DNA from: Fistulifera solaris
Taxonomy: Eukaryota
Direction: 5' to 3'
Assembly: GCA_030295235.1 (NCBI GenBank)
Contig: AP026123.1
Location: forward strand, 2,294,001-2,358,000
Length of the DNA stretch: 64,000 nucleotides
In this document: in pieces, positions 59,148 to 64,000 of the stretch
Position numbering within the stretch: the stretch's first letter is position 1
How the letters are laid out: every line of letters begins with the position of its first letter
Position numbers and translations under genes: made by a program
Notes under the pieces: generated by a model
Seen by the model: the letters and a program-made list of their open reading frames with translations, nothing else
Databases searched by the model: none
Told to the model about the DNA's origin: nothing

Positions 59148-60647
59148 TTACACCCCACACCCCATATGCAATGGCGTTCGAAAGTCTCGTTCGTGGATCC
59201 AAGCATTCGCCGCATATTTGACTCCACGTTCCACTGGCAAAGCTTGATGCTCCGTTCGAACATCGATTTGGCCCGGTTCGTCATTCAAGACGCTGGGCCA
59301 CAGAATAGCCCTCCCTTGTTTGGGTACGACCGTCAGATTGTGAATGGCGGGAAAATTGGTTCCACCACCTTCTAAATGGTCGTCATTCAAATACAAAAAC
59401 ACGGTCAGAATCCGCACTCCCGCCATGCTTCCCGCGTGAAGAGGGGTGTAATCGTGATGCACTTTGTAATACTGATTCTCTTCGTACCGCAATAACTGTA
59501 ACGCTTCCGAATTGTTGATGGGTATTTGAATTAGTTGCTCAATGCGTTGTATCACCTTTGCTGGATCACATCTTTTCCACACACCGAGCTTTCAGTACAC
59601 CACGCCGTCGACGACGTTCGACTTTTACTTTCGTACGATTCTGTGGATCCATCGTATTTGATGCGACCGATATCTTTGGAGCGTTGAAACCCTAGCTCGT
59701 GGCCCAGATCGATCAAACGTTCACACTCCATGGCGGACAAGAAGTGATCCAGTTGCAATACCCAAGAACCCGGACGACCGTCGGGTTCGATGGCTTCCGC
59801 CGGACCGGAGAGGACCTTCAAACCGTACAGCTTGCCTACGGTATCGTTCCGGACGACACTCCAAAAGAATCGGTCTAAATCACCGGGTTCACTCCACGTC
59901 GTACTCTCCTTTGCAAGGGATTCATCAAAGGGACACCGGATACGAATATCGAGCCAATGACATGTCTGGCAGGCGGGAGCGCATTCTCTGTGGAGCCAAA
60001 AAAAGGTGAGAGAAGGCTCGGTATGCCGCGAAACAAGTCTTTCATCTTACTTTTTCATGTATTGGGGATTCTTCTCACATTCTCCTTCCCAGGCCCACTG
60101 ACTACAGTTTACGTGTCGATTTTTGCACTGTGAAACGAGATGCTCGTTGATGAGACTCGAAATTTCGCTGCCGACAGCGACCCTTTGGACGTACCGAGGA
60201 ACGAATTTTGGCATAGGTTTCATTGACAAACACTTGATGCATCATGTAGTGTTGTGTCTGGCGTATCACTTGGAGAACACCTGGATTGTTGTTGACATTT
60301 TGTAAATCACCGTAACACGTCTTGACTTGACTCGTTTCTGCATCATAGTTGTTGCAAAGACCACAACTGAAAGGACATTCCTCCAACATGACTTCAGGGG
60401 TTTTAACACACGCATTCAAGAGTGCTTTCATCGGACAGTCTCTTTCATTCGTGTCGACACAATGGGGATGATTCGTGGACACCAAGTCACCAAACCGGTC
60501 CAAGTTGAACGAAAGTGACGGCGAATGTTCGGTCGAGGAGGAACAATCACCGTCGACATCACATATTATAGATTCTTTCTCCAACGTATCACCGAATACC
60601 CACCACAGCAGCGAGATTCTCACCAAAGATGATAAAATGCTGCGCAT
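59148..60647 (-). CDS. Prolyl 4-hydroxylase with two ShKT domains; introns 60128-60194 and 59988-60050; frameshift near 59560
   Basis: Signal peptide; ShKT CVD...ECPFSCGLC and CKNRHVNC..WA..GEC..NP...CAPACQTC; RTSSTAWC, LQLLRYE, HHD, RILTVFLYLND, GGGTNF, HQALPV..GVKYAANAW. Confidence 0.88.
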
Positions 60648-61180
60648 TCTTATTGTGGATCGAATGCTTATGATCAAGAGGTGTAAGCAGCAGATCGTTT
60701 GGATGCGTCGAAGAAGAAAAACAAAAAAAAATAAAATGACCCCAAAAAAATTACAAATGGGTGCAAAACTACATCAGTACCTGTCCGACCAAAGATCTCT
60801 ACTTATTTAGCGACTGTCTCTGACTACTACTTTGTTTGCAGTGACGTCAAACAATGAGAATTCCGCGAACCGCGGTGCGCTGCCGTGTTATTTTTTGTTG
60901 TTTGTTGCCATTGACGCGAAGAAGGATCTCGCTCTATACTGCTGCACAAGAACTCTCATCATTGATTTGCGTTCCTCTCAAAAAGAGAGAAAGTGTCAAA
61001 CGACCATTCTCTCTAAGAATCTTCTTTCGGAAAACCGAACGAAGGATACGCTCTTGTCACTATATTTTTGCAAGCAACGAAGCAAAGATTGCTTACTTTT
61101 CGTCAGTATAACTCGAGGCGATAACACAAGCAATTCAACAATTGCTATTGACAACGCTGCAATTTACCCATCGAATAACG

Positions 61181-63231
61181 ATGTTTGTTGGGCTTGCGGT
61201 GCTCCTTTTCGTATGGAGAGCCGATGCCTTTTCGTCCTCGGCGAGCCATTCCTCACGAACAACTCATTTGTATGCGAATAATAATTTATCAAGAAGAGAA
61301 CTGGAAATTCGACGAAAAATTGCGGCACTCAAAAAAGAAGGCAAAATCAATAACAAGGAGGATTTTTCTCAAGAAGAGAATGAGGATCGATATTCGATGA
61401 AAATTCAGCAAAAGTTGGGGAAAGCAAAAAGTAAACTGTTAGGATATTCGACGGTAGACGAAGAGGATGACGATGACGACAGCACTGAGCAACGAATCGA
61501 CGAAACGTCGACACGGATCGCACAAATTGGTGCTCTCCCGACTGTCGCGGAGCCCTATCAGCAACCAGATGATTCGACTGCGCCGTCACCTCGGAAACAA
61601 CTCATCGACCCATCCTTATTTGACGATATGGAGAGGAAACTGATCTTCCCGAAGAAGATCTGGTTGAACTCGTGGCACAAAAAAATGTTGGAGAAAGAGG
61701 AGCAACGAATAAGAATGGAAACGGCGGCGGTGGAAAGGCCACAACGTACGGAACAACCGAAATCCAGTAGTACGGACGACGGTGGTGAATTACCACAACT
61801 AACCACCGGGGTAGGCGGTAGTTGGAAGAAGAATGAGACTCTCGAAGTCGAATACTACAAACCAAAAGTTGGATCTTGGGAGCGTTCGCTCGTCCCAAAG
61901 ACATTTCGAAAGCTTATGGCGGGGGACGAAGGGTCGGTCCAGGATACAGCAACGAAGAGTTGTCGGAAGCGTCCGTAGAGGCCACACGAGAACGACTGCA
62001 ACAGTACCGTGAAAAAGTGGGGATTGACGTGAAATCCGAGAAAGAGCATGCTGCCGAAATCGATCTGGCACTTCGCAAAGGAGCGTATGCTATGCAGCGC
62101 GGCATGTATTCGGCTGCGGTAGCCGACCTGGAACAGGTTACCAAGTACTGCTCGAGTAATAGCAAAGTCGGCGGAAAAGTTTTCTTGGAGCTAGCCATGG
62201 CTTACGAAGCATCGGGGAGGTTGGAAGAGGCGTCTTTCGTGTATAGAACACTTTCCAAGAGCCGCATTGAAGAAATTAAAATCAACGCCAGTCGCTTGTT
62301 GTACGGTCTGGAGGCGATGCTGTTTATGCGAGACAATGTCGGAAGCAAAGCTTTCTCGAGAACAAAGGTTCGAAACACGTTCATTGATACGACGGGACTG
62401 GCCAACATTGCTCAAAATTTTGACGATGTGTACAATACGGCATGGATTGATCTGGACAAAGGTTTTTACAAGCAGCTGACGGAATCGGTCGTGCGTTCCC
62501 CCCGGGAAGCGCGCCAAGTGCTGATGCGTGCGGTAGCCGGAGGTGAGGTACCGCGCTTGCGGGTGGTTCAGGCACTGCGATCGATTGCACGGCGATTCGA
62601 TGATGCTTTGGAGATCGAGATCAAAAAGGCAGAAAGCAAAGTAGTCGAAGAGGAATCGGTCGCCGTCATTGACGGTAAGCCCATTTTGAGTAGAAAGAAG
62701 CAGGAAGAAGAAATGCTAGCCGGAATGATGCAGGACCTGGATGAATTCACACTGGCGGCACCCGATCAAATGAAAGAGAATCTTTCGGGAGAGTGGCGCT
62801 TGCAACTGTTAGCGGACAAGAAGGGAGATGGTGTTAAGTTCTTCAACAACACCATGTCGACGCAAACAATCGACATGAAACGGTTATCCTTTACATCCGA
62901 CGGTGGCAATAGCGGACTCATCAATGTGAAGCAATCGGGTCAGGTTCAGTTCAATGACGAACGACGGATTCTCAGCAAGACCGACGTACAAGTGTCTGGC
63001 GGTATGTTGGGTCTGTTCGGCGCCACCAGCAGCGGGGCCGCCGGCGCCGTCAGTTCTCCACAGCAAGTGTTAACCGTCGATTCCACACTACTGGTAACGC
63101 GAAGGGTGTTTTCGAAAAATCAAACTCCCGGCGAAGACGCCAAAGAGTTCTTTGCGGTGTGGCGACGGCTGCCGACGAGCGGCATGGTATCGAATGTGGA
63201 CGATCTATTTGCTAACGAGATGACATCATGA
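61181..63231 (+). CDS. Hypothetical plastid-targeted protein with a TPR-like segment; frameshifts near 61630 and 61880
   Basis: Signal ADA-FSS; YKPKVGSWGAF.RPKDISKAYGGG; GKVFLELAMAYEASGR helix pair. Confidence 0.7.
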
Positions 63232-63456
63232 ATACTATAACCTAAAGTAAATTAGACATTAACCAGGATTTTTCTTGTTCCGAGTTGTGAGAGATGAATG
63301 AGTATGAGTGAGTGAAGTGAATGAAATTGATGTGAGATCATGTGAATTGACGAATTGAGGAAGCGGAACAGGAGAGCTCTCTAAGTCCTGGTTCTCGAGC
63401 GGATTGCACAATGAAAGCTGAGTCTAGAATAAAAAGCAACTTGAAACTTCACAAAT

Positions 63457-63990
63457 CTAGCAAGCATTCACTTTCTCCCGCGCCATGATAATCATTTCGC
63501 GCTCTTCCGTCGAAAGACCCCAGACCGGCTGTCCTTCCAATTCAAGTCGATTCAAAGACTCCAATACACTCGGATCCGTCATGAGCTTTTTGATGGCCGA
63601 CTTGAGTTCGATGGACTTGCCATTGACGCCCGCATTTTCCCGCAATTGACTTTCCAGCGATTCGACGGCCGTCATGACGTGTTCGATCTTTTCCACATCT
63701 TGTGACAAGGCAATCATCCGTACGCGCGTTTCATCGTCACTGGCGTAGTCATCAACATTACTACGGGCCCCTCCAGAAGCGTAGAATCCACCCTGGCCTT
63801 CTGTGGGCTGTCCTCCCGAGTACTATGGGGAGAGTCGAGGGTGAGAACATGAAAGATAGATCGACCGGTGCGTGAGAATTGTACCTACCGTGATGGCAAA
63901 GGCGCGTTGTTGCAAAGCGGCGTGCGGCAGACGCGTTGACGAGCGAACAGCTGCAGGAAGAAGACGGGAAACAAGGAAGCGGGTTGTCAT
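63457..63990 (-). CDS. Small hypothetical protein, probably mitochondrial; intron at about 63824-63888
   Basis: MTTRFLVSRLLPAAVRSSTRL presequence-like start; exon 2 GGFYASGGAR...LNRLELEGQPVWGLSTEERE. Confidence 0.65.
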
Positions 63991-64000
63991 TTTCACTATT

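Overview
Gene-dense eukaryotic nuclear DNA, very probably from a pennate diatom (LHCX protein with a bipartite ASA-F presequence, cyclase-phosphodiesterase fusion, CoDi-type copia element, short GT-AG introns). It holds about 28 protein genes and one full-length Ty1/copia LTR retrotransposon (49626-55759, two apparently identical 369-bp LTRs). The best candidate for an undescribed system is a head-to-head pair of genes, both with mitochondrial-type presequences: a hybrid-cluster protein (HCP, 2144-4000) and an atypical CPR-like diflavin reductase (4649-6504). The reductase lacks the NADPH-specificity residues, which suggests a eukaryotic substitute for the bacterial hcp-hcr NO/hydroxylamine reduction module. 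Other points of interest are a gag-pol in-frame TGA (possible readthrough), non-canonical LTR ends with a 6-bp TSD, a 79-bp MITE-like hairpin, paired GH18 chitinases, paired M43 peptidases sharing a position-conserved promoter motif, an LRR membrane protein with endocytic motifs, and recurrent intergenic motifs. About half of the host genes carry single-base frameshifts, mostly at short base runs, which I read as assembly errors rather than pseudogenes. All calls are by eye and no searches were run.
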